A stretch of DNA of 64,000 nucleotides from an uncultured virus (IMG/VR IMGVR_UViG_3300017992_000735) (lineage: Duplodnaviria; Heunggongvirae; Uroviricota; Caudoviricetes): IMG/VR virus record IMGVR_UViG_3300017992_000735; one strand, 5' to 3'. The notes under the pieces are model-generated. The model saw nothing but the letters and a program-made list of their open reading frames with translations. It did not search any database and was not told the DNA's origin. Every line of letters begins with the position of its first letter. Position 1 is the first letter of the stretch. A program made the translations under genes and the position numbers. Positions 29,138 through 37,885 of the stretch are shown here, in pieces.

Positions 29138-30168
29138 GCTAACTCTCTGTACAGATCGTTGTACTTCTTAGCCATTATCCTCGCATCAAATAAATCTAAC
29201 GCTCGTTGTTTTCCTGCTTTAGCCATATCCAACCTAGGTTGTTCACACTCCAGTAAGGCCAAAATCGTATGAGCCCATGTTTGGCAATGATAATCTGCTT
29301 TGTGGTTGTCGTTCCAGTAGTTTGGAGATGGGAGGTAGATTGCATAGTCCCGAGCAATCTCAACATTGGTTGAACAATGTGAGCAGATCATTGGAACTTC
29401 GGCGCCAAGCATTTCCGCAGCCACTCGGCCGAACGCTTCTCCAAAGGTTGGAAATAGCCCCACATCCATTGCTCCGTAGGCTAGATCCTTTTCTCGTGTA
29501 CCCCCAGCAAACACCACCTCAGCTCCGAGTTCCTTGGCCAACTCTTTCGCGGGTTCATAGCCATCTTTATCGCCGAACATGATAAACTGGATGTTTGAGT
29601 CTACTTCCTGAACCCGCTTCGCGATCCCAATAGTAGTCCCCGGGCATTTGAAAGCGATGTACCTTCCCATCCAACCGACTACGAACTGGTTTGGGTTTAA
29701 CCCCCAGTGCTTTTTGGCTGCCCTTCTGTCTGCACACTGCAAGCGATCTATATCTACTCCATGATATATAAGTTTTGCACCGACTGGCTGTTTACTAAGC
29801 AATGATTGGCTTCCTGCCACAACAGCTACTAAACCCTCGTAATCACGGTGTATGGGTCCTGCGGTTCCTACAGTAGCAATGGCTGGAACTCCTAAACTGA
29901 GTGCTGTGTCTAAACTATCACATTTTGCATTCGCACCAGGTTGGGCGTGTACAATGTCAACAGTTTTGATAATCTCCCTTAACTCATCAAAGGAGACTTC
30001 TTTGTGATACTCAACTCCTAATTCTCTAAACTCAACTTCTGTTCTATCATCGTTGTGGTAGTTAGCAACTACAAATTGAAAATCTTTAGAGTATTTAATG
30101 AGATCTAAGGATAAGTCTGTTACACCCCCCAAACCTGAGCTTTGTGTAAAATGCAAGACTTTAGTCAT
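29134..30168 (-). CDS. Glycosyltransferase, GT4 family (tandem paralog)
   Basis: GLGG; EAFGRVAAEMLGAEVP. Confidence 0.88.
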   Translation of the reverse strand: MTKVLHFTQSSGLGGVTDLSLDLIKYSKDFQFVVANYHNDDRTEVEFRELGVEYHKEVSFDELREIIKTVDIVHAQPGANAKCDSLDTALSLGVPAIATVGTAGPIHRDYEGLVAVVAGSQSLLSKQPVGAKLIYHGVDIDRLQCADRRAAKKHWGLNPNQFVVGWMGRYIAFKCPGTTIGIAKRVQEVDSNIQFIMFGDKDGYEPAKELAKELGAEVVFAGGTREKDLAYGAMDVGLFPTFGEAFGRVAAEMLGAEVPMICSHCSTNVEIARDYAIYLPSPNYWNDNHKADYHCQTWAHTILALLECEQPRLDMAKAGKQRALDLFDARIMAKKYNDLYRELA

Positions 30169-30866
30169 GGCTTCCTGTAACCTCGAAGTAGTGTTGGAAC
30201 GTCTACAATGTTATAGCCAGGAGGTTTTTGCCATGATTCGGACAATAGTGGTATGTCCATTGGTTCGCAGTAGTGTGTATTTTCCATAATTTCCGTACAG
30301 GCTGAGTATACTCCCGAACTGACAGGTTTATTAAGCTTTACACTGGGCAGCACCCAGTCATGAAACACAATAACTCCACCCTTCCGTAGCATTGGGTAGT
30401 AATCCAGTATATCTTGCTTCACACATTCGTAGGAGTGTCCTCCATCTACAAATACTAAATCCAACCCCTCCTGCTCCCCCCGCACTCGCTTAGCAGCTTC
30501 ATGTGAGGGCATACTGACATGCGCAACTCGATCTTGTATTCTAGAGTAGACTCTATCAAAAGGAACGAATTGCGGAGCGGGGTCAATTGTGTACCCTCGA
30601 AAGTTGTCACCGAACGTTCGCTTCATGGCGGAATACATGAGCAAAGCAGACCCGCCCTCCCATGTACCAATATCTACAAATACCTTAGGAGTTGGAAGAG
30701 CGTTTAACATTTTGCAAACCACATACCAAAGACGGAAGCGATCTTGTACTGCCATTAGCACTTTGACACCTTGGTGTGTGGGATCATCTTCCATAAACGC
30801 ATTCAGTAGTTGCTGAGGAAGCTCTGGGTTAGTCTCAAACGGTGGCCCGTATCTTTCAGATAACAT
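30165..30866 (-). CDS. Class I SAM methyltransferase (Methyltransf_24-like)
   Basis: VDIGTWEGGS; DLVFVDGGHSYE; GGVIVFHD. Confidence 0.88.
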   Translation of the reverse strand: MLSERYGPPFETNPELPQQLLNAFMEDDPTHQGVKVLMAVQDRFRLWYVVCKMLNALPTPKVFVDIGTWEGGSALLMYSAMKRTFGDNFRGYTIDPAPQFVPFDRVYSRIQDRVAHVSMPSHEAAKRVRGEQEGLDLVFVDGGHSYECVKQDILDYYPMLRKGGVIVFHDWVLPSVKLNKPVSSGVYSACTEIMENTHYCEPMDIPLLSESWQKPPGYNIVDVPTLLRGYRKP

Positions 30867-31720
30867 TATCCCTGCACCAGTCCCTTCCGCACGTACCTGC
30901 TACCCAAGTCTACGGCTACAACCACGACTAGTATCACAATGATAATCGTGAGGGTTTCCTGTTTCCTAAATAGCCGGGTTGTTTCGATTAACTTCAATCC
31001 AAGACCGCCAGCACCCACCATGCCCATAATAGCAGCGTCTCGTATGTTGGATTCTAGGTAGTACAGAATGCGACTTATAAACAGCGGGAGGACAAGGGGC
31101 AGCATTCCGTAAAACAGCACCTGCACTTCGTTTGCCCCATCTACTCTCATTGCTTCCAAGATCTCTTTTGCGTGTGTGGACATTGTCTCGATTGTTTCCG
31201 AGAAATGTTTTGTTAAGGCTCCTGAGCAGTGGAGAGACATAGCCAAAACCCCCGCCAGGGGTCCTAACCCTGTCGCGCACACGAAAAGAAGCGCCCACAC
31301 TAGAACGGGAACAGATCGTAGAATATCGGCGACAAGCCTAACTGTGTAATAGCATGGAGGAGATACTGTAGTTTCTTTGGCAGCCAAAAAAGACAAAGGT
31401 AGGGCCACCATAGTTGCTAAAGTAATCCCAGACACCGCCATTTGTACTGTCTCCAACAGAGGAAGCCACAACTCTGGCAGGATGCTCCATTCTGGGGGAA
31501 ACATCCCTAACGCATAATCTACAGCAAATGGAAGTCCACTAACAACTTTGGGTAAATCTACAACAGTTTCTGAGACACTTACTAGAAAAATCGCTAGCAG
31601 AACTACAAGATATGCGTTAGTCCCTTTCAGGAATTTCCATGCCCGCTGCACTCCGGATACCATCAAACTCCTCATCTGAGCACCTGGCCAGCCCACTCCA
31701 CCCAAACTTCCACGCTTCAA
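30866..31720 (-). CDS. phnE: Phosphonate/phosphite ABC transporter permease (start uncertain)
   Basis: LETVQMA; LRSVPVLVWALLF..GLGPLAGVLA; ESNIRDAAIMGMVGAGGLG. Confidence 0.88.
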   Translation of the reverse strand: MKRGSLGGVGWPGAQMRSLMVSGVQRAWKFLKGTNAYLVVLLAIFLVSVSETVVDLPKVVSGLPFAVDYALGMFPPEWSILPELWLPLLETVQMAVSGITLATMVALPLSFLAAKETTVSPPCYYTVRLVADILRSVPVLVWALLFVCATGLGPLAGVLAMSLHCSGALTKHFSETIETMSTHAKEILEAMRVDGANEVQVLFYGMLPLVLPLFISRILYYLESNIRDAAIMGMVGAGGLGLKLIETTRLFRKQETLTIIIVILVVVVAVDLGSRYVRKGLVQG

Positions 31721-32459
31721 TCATCTCGCCAGGAATGTTGACTAAGCACTCTGTTACCTGCTCTTTCAACTCCGGATCCATGGATTTCACTGCAGCGATA
31801 GGTGGATTGGGAATGGGATCAGATACCCAAATGATAGTCATCTCATCTTTTCCGATAACTCCCAACTCCTCAGCTATTCCAACGCGCGCTTTGGTCGAAG
31901 CAGCAGCATCAACTGTTCCGTTCTTGACCGCGTTGAAAGCCGCATCATAGCTACCAGAGAAGATAGTATCTTTGGGAGTAATGTTATTCTTCTCCAAGTA
32001 TTTGCGAGGCATAAGATGTCCAGAGGTTGAGGCAGGGTCTAGATAAGATAGTGTTTTATCTTCTAGCTGCTCGACATATGTAATACCGCTATCAGTGCGA
32101 ACAAAGATAACGCTATAGTAGACATCACTGCCAGACTTAGCGTCAACAGCATAGACAATAGCCTCAATCTCAGCGCCCGAATCCACACCTAGCACATAGC
32201 TGTACGCCCCCAACCTGCCTAACTCAGCATGCCCATACTTCATTGCCTCAATCGTAGCAGTATAGTCGGAGACCGTTTTAATCTCAAACGGTCTGTCTAG
32301 GCACTCAGTCATATACTCTGCAAACGGCGCGTAAATCACTTTGCAGGTGTCAGCATCCTCCAGTGGAATAACCGCCATAGTCACAGCACCGGTTTCTTGC
32401 CCCACACAGCCAACAAGAACAACAACCAACAGTAGTAACACGCTTAATCTTTTAAGCAT
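31617..32459 (-). CDS. phnD: Phosphonate/phosphite ABC transporter substrate-binding lipoprotein
   Basis: Lipobox LVGC; DYTATIEAM; DPASTSGHLMP; SDPIPNPP. Confidence 0.88.
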   Translation of the reverse strand: MLKRLSVLLLLVVVLVGCVGQETGAVTMAVIPLEDADTCKVIYAPFAEYMTECLDRPFEIKTVSDYTATIEAMKYGHAELGRLGAYSYVLGVDSGAEIEAIVYAVDAKSGSDVYYSVIFVRTDSGITYVEQLEDKTLSYLDPASTSGHLMPRKYLEKNNITPKDTIFSGSYDAAFNAVKNGTVDAAASTKARVGIAEELGVIGKDEMTIIWVSDPIPNPPIAAVKSMDPELKEQVTECLVNIPGEMIEAWKFGWSGLARCSDEEFDGIRSAAGMEIPERD

Positions 32460-32874
32460 CTTTATCTCCTTTTCTTATTGTTTCTCTTATTTGTGACGTG
32501 GATACATTAGGTGTAGCTTCTAGTATTCCGAACTCGATCCCCCTCTCTATTAGATGCTCAAAGCACTTTACTGTCCCACAACTTGAATCGTACCACGTGG
32601 ATCCAATGATAATTTTGTCCACCCCATACTCTTGTAAAGTCTCGAAGGTCGGAATACCAGAGTGAGGAACAACACGGTCGACACACTTAAGCGATCCAAT
32701 TATCTCAGCTCGCTGTTCCCAAGGTATAGTAGGAACGTGTTTAAACTTCAGCATCCACTCGTCTGTGTTTACTCCCACGATCAAGAAATCGCCTTCGAGT
32801 TTGGCTCTCTCTAGCAACCGCAAATGACCAACGTGAAAAAGATCCCAACAACCGTTCGTGTAAACCACTATCAC
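32452..32874 (-). CDS. Stand-alone cytidylyltransferase (TagD/GCT-like)
   Basis: GCWDLFHVGH; VGVNTD; VSTSQI. Confidence 0.88.
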   Translation of the reverse strand: MIVVYTNGCWDLFHVGHLRLLERAKLEGDFLIVGVNTDEWMLKFKHVPTIPWEQRAEIIGSLKCVDRVVPHSGIPTFETLQEYGVDKIIIGSTWYDSSCGTVKCFEHLIERGIEFGILEATPNVSTSQIRETIRKGDKDA

Positions 32875-33224
32875 CAGAGTAACCCGCCCTCATCTTTTAG
32901 ACGACCTCGTAACCCCTTCCAGAGCCATTGGAGCACGTTGTTGGATCTGTCCTCCCTGTACTTCCAAAGCATAACAGCGGTAAACGCAGTGGTAAAAATA
33001 CCAAACGCCCAGAAGCACTGGTCTTTGGTGTCGGCAATGTTAAGGTTGTGAGCAAACATAATCCAATATTCAATATGGGTATGCAAAATAGCCTTAGTAG
33101 AAACATCTTGACAGGACCTGCGTCTACGAACTTTAGTACCCAGCCATACGTATTTCATGCGTATGAAGGTAGTGTAGGCAATCAGAACCCACCAGATAGT
33201 ATCTACAATTTGTGTTTTTGTCAT
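32871..33224 (-). CDS. Small three-TM membrane protein (PQ-loop/SemiSWEET-like)
   Basis: Three hydrophobic segments; KVRRRRSCQDVS resembles the PQ-loop KSxxDVS segment. Confidence 0.5.
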   Translation of the reverse strand: MTKTQIVDTIWWVLIAYTTFIRMKYVWLGTKVRRRRSCQDVSTKAILHTHIEYWIMFAHNLNIADTKDQCFWAFGIFTTAFTAVMLWKYREDRSNNVLQWLWKGLRGRLKDEGGLLW

Positions 33225-33613
33225 TGGGCTCTCCTAATCTTTTCTTTGATTTCTGTGCTAGATTTTAACGGATGGGGGTATCGCGGTACAACTATAACTC
33301 TACCGCTGAACTCTGGATACTGTCTTACCTCGTGGTCTGTAGACTCAAATAATATATCTGGTTTGATCTCGAGCAAATTGTCGAGGGGTATGTACTTTTT
33401 CTGAGCTACAGCCATGTCTACACATTGCAGAGCACTAACCAATCTAAGTCGATCTTGAAATGGCATGGTGGGCCTCGGTTTCTTTTCCATCGCTGCCTCA
33501 TCAGTTAATACCCCAACTACAAGTTTATCACAAAAAGATCTACAATTCTCCAGATGGAGTAAGTGGCCAATATGTAAAATATCTGCGACAACATAAGCAT
33601 AACCTACTTGCAT
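33221..33613 (-). CDS. Stand-alone cytidylyltransferase (resembles PEP-mutase-associated CyTase domains)
   Basis: ADILHIGH; VGVLTDEAAMEKKPRP; VAQKKYIPLDNL..KPD; SSTEIK. Confidence 0.85.
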   Translation of the reverse strand: MQVGYAYVVADILHIGHLLHLENCRSFCDKLVVGVLTDEAAMEKKPRPTMPFQDRLRLVSALQCVDMAVAQKKYIPLDNLLEIKPDILFESTDHEVRQYPEFSGRVIVVPRYPHPLKSSTEIKEKIRRAQ

Positions 33614-34806
33614 GTAATATCCTCCAGTTGTGCTTTTGCTACTTTAACCTCAGGGGAGTTTGGATTGAAAATATTTTCGCGTTCCTTGGGGTCTGCTGTC
33701 AGGTCGTACAACTCTTCCCCCCACCGCTTCGTGTGAATGTACTTCCACTCTGATGTCCGAACAGAAACCTTTTCTGAAAATATATATGGGCTATCGTACT
33801 CAGGATTACTCTGTTTCCAAATGTAGGATATAATTTTAGGATATGATGCTTGTGAGATCGCGTATGGTGAATGATAATCCGCAGGATCTGATTCTTTGTG
33901 GCCAGCGAGATCTAAAACAATGTTGTAGATCTTCTTTAGCTCTACTTGGCAATCTATCTGCTGAGGGGCTAAGTCAGGGGCCCAAACAATTAGTGGAACA
34001 TGAAGGAGTTCATCATAGAAAACACAGGTATGCTCAAATAAGTAGCGATCTCCCATCCACCTATCACACATTGCCTCCCCATGATCTCCGTAGAATATAA
34101 ATGCAGTGTCCTCTAAGTATCCTTTTTCTTCTAGCCAGGCCCATAGAAGGTTAAGGTTATGATCTTGATAGTGCACCCCCTCATCGTACCTATCTTTGGC
34201 CTCCTGGCATTCCTCTTCCCCCCATATAACTGAGCCAGTGTAGTACTGATCTGGTCTAGTTTCTAACCTTCGGGATTTGGCATAAACCTCAAACTCTTTG
34301 GGCACATTGAAAGGAACATGGTTATCCCTTGTTCCCACCCACAAAAAGAAAGGCTCTTGGGGTTCGAATGTATCGAAAAGTTTATTCAGGAGCCTGCCGC
34401 CCCAACCCTCGATAGGCGGATCTCTGAATAATGTATACTCATAAAAGTGGTCAAACCCCCTTGATAATCCAGACCGATCTGTTACCCAACTTCCGTCCAT
34501 GTAAGACCATGTTGAGTATCCCATCCCTTTGAGAGTTTCAGCTAGCAGCGGTTGGTTGGGCAAAGGAGTTACTGTTCCATCTAATTTTGTATTTTCCATA
34601 AGCGCACCATGCTCATAAGGATACTTGCCAGTGCAAACAGAATAGTGTGATGGTAGTGACCAATAAGAATGAGAGATTGCTTGATTGAAAATCCAGCCCT
34701 GCTTAGCTATTAAGTCAAGGAAAGGAGTTGTCTTTCTCTCATACCCATATATCGAACAGTGATCGTATCTCAGACCATCCCATGCCACTAATATGATATT
34801 TCTCAT
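33604..34806 (-). CDS. Sulfatase/alkaline-phosphatase-superfamily protein
   Basis: WDGLRYDH; WSLPSHYSVCTG; GDHGE; LHVPLIVW; ELYDLTADPKE. Confidence 0.85.
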   Translation of the reverse strand: MRNIILVAWDGLRYDHCSIYGYERKTTPFLDLIAKQGWIFNQAISHSYWSLPSHYSVCTGKYPYEHGALMENTKLDGTVTPLPNQPLLAETLKGMGYSTWSYMDGSWVTDRSGLSRGFDHFYEYTLFRDPPIEGWGGRLLNKLFDTFEPQEPFFLWVGTRDNHVPFNVPKEFEVYAKSRRLETRPDQYYTGSVIWGEEECQEAKDRYDEGVHYQDHNLNLLWAWLEEKGYLEDTAFIFYGDHGEAMCDRWMGDRYLFEHTCVFYDELLHVPLIVWAPDLAPQQIDCQVELKKIYNIVLDLAGHKESDPADYHSPYAISQASYPKIISYIWKQSNPEYDSPYIFSEKVSVRTSEWKYIHTKRWGEELYDLTADPKERENIFNPNSPEVKVAKAQLEDITCK

Positions 34807-35990
34807 ATACCTAACCCGTCTAGAAGATGTAGACTATCCCAAACTGGACCGTTAGCTCGGTGGTCTGGGTGATAGATATTATTCTGCTCTCTGGGATCTT
34901 GTGTTAGGTCGTAAAATTCGTCCCCGCGCAGGCTCCGAATGTACTTCCACTCCGGCGTCCGAACCGAAACTTTGGGCGAGAATAGTTTTGGGTTATCATA
35001 TAAAGCATCCACCATCCAATAGTCTTGCATTATAAGATTAGGAAAATCTACCGAAGACACGGCGTAGGGATCTAATCCAACCGACCTTTCAGATAACCCG
35101 GTCTCGTGTGCTACCATATTAAAAACATACCGGAGTTCGATTTGGTCATAGTTTACTTTCGATTTAATTCCCTCTCCCCATACTACTAAGGGAACTCTTA
35201 GAACCTCATCGTATAGCATACACGTATGATGGTACAAACCGTGCTCACCGAAATACTCTCCATGATCTCCGTATAGAATGAAAATAGTATCCTCTGCGTA
35301 ATCCTCTGCACTAAGCCACTCTACCAATCTCTTTAGTTGGTAATCCATGTAGACCATAGCTTCGTCGTACCTATCTCGAAGCTGACCAAACTCCTTCTCC
35401 CCCCAGGGTAATCTTTCGGTGAAGTATAGATTTACATTTGTGTGAAGAGAGCGATCCGACGCCCATTGAAAAAACTGTTCTGGCACGTGGTAAGGGTCAT
35501 GCGCGTCTAACCAATGGGAGAAGAAGAAAAAGGGCTTTTCAGGTCTGAAAGTGTCAATCACCTTGTCTACAACTCGGCCCCCACGGCCTTCAGGCGATTG
35601 TTGAAAAAGACGGTAGTCGTAGAAATGGTCAAATCCCCTTATATCAGTAGCGGGGTCTATCCATGAGTTATCAGAATAGCACCAAGTTGAGTAGCCCACC
35701 TCTTGCAGCATTTGTGGGAGAAGCTTATTCCGCCTCCAGTCTGTAAATGTTTGGGCGCGGTGGGGACCTCCTGCGGTACGCATTGTCGCGCCGTGCTGCC
35801 AAGGATATTTTCCAGTAAAAACAGTGTATGCCACAGGCAGTGACCAAAAGGACTGGCTAATAGCTTGGTCATATACCAGCTTTGGCTCGATCGAATCTAA
35901 GAATGGTGTAGTTTCCCGATCATACCCATAAAGAGAACAATGATCTCGTCTCGCACAATCCCACGCTAGTAAAACTATATTTTTAGTCAT
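34803..35990 (-). CDS. Sulfatase/alkaline-phosphatase-superfamily protein (paralog)
   Basis: WDCARRDH; WSLPVAYTVFTG; GDHGEYFGEHG; YDLTQDPRE. Confidence 0.85.
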   Translation of the reverse strand: MTKNIVLLAWDCARRDHCSLYGYDRETTPFLDSIEPKLVYDQAISQSFWSLPVAYTVFTGKYPWQHGATMRTAGGPHRAQTFTDWRRNKLLPQMLQEVGYSTWCYSDNSWIDPATDIRGFDHFYDYRLFQQSPEGRGGRVVDKVIDTFRPEKPFFFFSHWLDAHDPYHVPEQFFQWASDRSLHTNVNLYFTERLPWGEKEFGQLRDRYDEAMVYMDYQLKRLVEWLSAEDYAEDTIFILYGDHGEYFGEHGLYHHTCMLYDEVLRVPLVVWGEGIKSKVNYDQIELRYVFNMVAHETGLSERSVGLDPYAVSSVDFPNLIMQDYWMVDALYDNPKLFSPKVSVRTPEWKYIRSLRGDEFYDLTQDPREQNNIYHPDHRANGPVWDSLHLLDGLGI

Positions 35991-36429
35991 CTTTCCACTC
36001 GTAGACATTGCAGATTGGTCTAGCCGGTACACCGGCGGCAAACGTGTCGGCAGGTACGTCTCTTGTTACGACTGCCCCCGCGCCTATAACCGAGTTGTCT
36101 CCGATTGTAACTCCACCAATGATAATCACGCCCGTGCCGATAAAAACATTTCTACCGATGAATATATCTTTTGTTTTGGTTGTTTTCCGGTGATCTGGGT
36201 GTATGGGGTGGTAGGCAGTTGTGATATGTACCCCCATACCTACTTTAATATCTCTGCCGATATGTACGTGACTGCCTGGAGGGATATTGAAAAAGCAATC
36301 GTTAAAGTCTGTCCAAGTGACCCCCTCTTCTAGATCAAGGCCGGATGGCTGGTTTAGTATCTGAGGGCTAACTTCTCGGCCCTGTTGCCTTACGACTAAC
36401 TGACCATCTCCCCACCTACTGCTACCCAT
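35983..36429 (-). CDS. Left-handed beta-helix O-acetyltransferase
   Basis: Hexapeptide repeats IGRNVFIG..IGDNSVIGAGAVVTRDVP; AGVPAR. Confidence 0.9.
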   Translation of the reverse strand: MGSSRWGDGQLVVRQQGREVSPQILNQPSGLDLEEGVTWTDFNDCFFNIPPGSHVHIGRDIKVGMGVHITTAYHPIHPDHRKTTKTKDIFIGRNVFIGTGVIIIGGVTIGDNSVIGAGAVVTRDVPADTFAAGVPARPICNVYEWKDD

Positions 36430-37885
36430 CTGTCACCTCGTGCTTTAAGAACTCCTGTCTAAACGACTCCCACAATATAGGCAAGAACTCTCTCCAGGGA
36501 GTGTTGGTTGGATAAATCCTTCTAATCATAAAAGTCTTGATGATTTGATACACAACAGTGTAGAGCTTATTTACCCAATGAGTATGCCTTACCCTAATTA
36601 GCCGCCGGATAGCGGGCCAAGCCCTCGGGATGACGACAGCAATCATACCGAGAAGGGCGATATTGCTATGGACATCCTTCTCCTGTTCTGAAAAACTATT
36701 AAGAGGGCTCCTGCCCATATAGAACTTTGGAATAGCGTTAAAGTCTCCGTCATATAAGCCTCGTTCGATCACACTATTACCTAGGTCAGTTCCAGGATAT
36801 GGGTGGAACACTGGGAACTCCGCATAGTCGGCGCCCGCCTTAATATTAAACTTCACGGAATAGACGTCGTCCGCGATTGTAGCATCAGGCAACCCAACTA
36901 TGGTGTTTGAAAACGTCATGATCCCATACTTCTTACACAAGGCGAACGCATCAAGTATCTGCTGATCTGACATATTGCGCCTTAGTTGGTCATTTCTGAT
37001 TGACTCTCTGCCGTGCTCAATGCTCATTGAGATTGTAGTACAGCCAGCTTCTTTCAGAACCTTGATAATATCTTCAGTTAAGAGGTCTGCGCGGGTCAAA
37101 ATGTAAAATGGCAACCCAATCTCAATTGGATATCTGTCTCCAAACGCAACCAGCCAGTCATCCAAGGAAAATGCGAAAACATCGTCATAGAATTTGACAA
37201 CGGCTAGTGGGTAATTCTTTTTGACATACTTCAACAAATCTAAGATATAATCTACTGAGTGTCTTCTAACCAGCTTGCCTTTGCCGGAGTATAATTTCTT
37301 CCAAGCATGGTTAAAGCAATAGGAGCAGTTGTAAGGACACCCCCTACCAGTTATAAAACTCTTGAGGTTGTTTCCCCCCATAGTTGTCCAGCTGTCCGGG
37401 GGCCCATAGAATATTGAGACATCCGGAACTGGAAGAGTGTCTAAATCGCGAACAAGAGGTCTGGGAGGGCTGTACCCATCTTTGGTCCTAAGATTCGGAA
37501 TATCGTGTATTACTGACCCATTCTCAACTGCTAGGAGGAAATCACCAAAAGCTCCCTCTCCTTCCCCCACACAAACAGCATCGAGCGAGTCGTGCCCAAG
37601 AGCATCAGGGAAGAACGTCGGGTGGGGTCCCCCCATAATTGTCCATATTTCGGGATGCAGCTCGGATACAACTTTGTTGAACTGATGATAATATTTATGC
37701 TCACCTGTGCAGGAGGAGTAGGCCACCATGTCAGGCTCCCACTGGTTGATAACGTCCAAAACGTGTTGGCTTGCGATGACTGCTAAGCGAGTTTCCCAAC
37801 CTAAGGTTTTCGCAACGGCAGAAAGATACTGCACGCCAATGGGAGCAATAAAACCCAGGTCATGCGCGACAAAAAGAACTCTCAC
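36422..37885 (-). CDS. Cobalamin-dependent (class B) radical SAM enzyme
   Basis: MGGPHPT; VCVGEGE; GRGCPYNCSYC (CxxxCxxC); PYPGT. Confidence 0.92.
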   Translation of the reverse strand: MRVLFVAHDLGFIAPIGVQYLSAVAKTLGWETRLAVIASQHVLDVINQWEPDMVAYSSCTGEHKYYHQFNKVVSELHPEIWTIMGGPHPTFFPDALGHDSLDAVCVGEGEGAFGDFLLAVENGSVIHDIPNLRTKDGYSPPRPLVRDLDTLPVPDVSIFYGPPDSWTTMGGNNLKSFITGRGCPYNCSYCFNHAWKKLYSGKGKLVRRHSVDYILDLLKYVKKNYPLAVVKFYDDVFAFSLDDWLVAFGDRYPIEIGLPFYILTRADLLTEDIIKVLKEAGCTTISMSIEHGRESIRNDQLRRNMSDQQILDAFALCKKYGIMTFSNTIVGLPDATIADDVYSVKFNIKAGADYAEFPVFHPYPGTDLGNSVIERGLYDGDFNAIPKFYMGRSPLNSFSEQEKDVHSNIALLGMIAVVIPRAWPAIRRLIRVRHTHWVNKLYTVVYQIIKTFMIRRIYPTNTPWREFLPILWESFRQEFLKHEVTDG

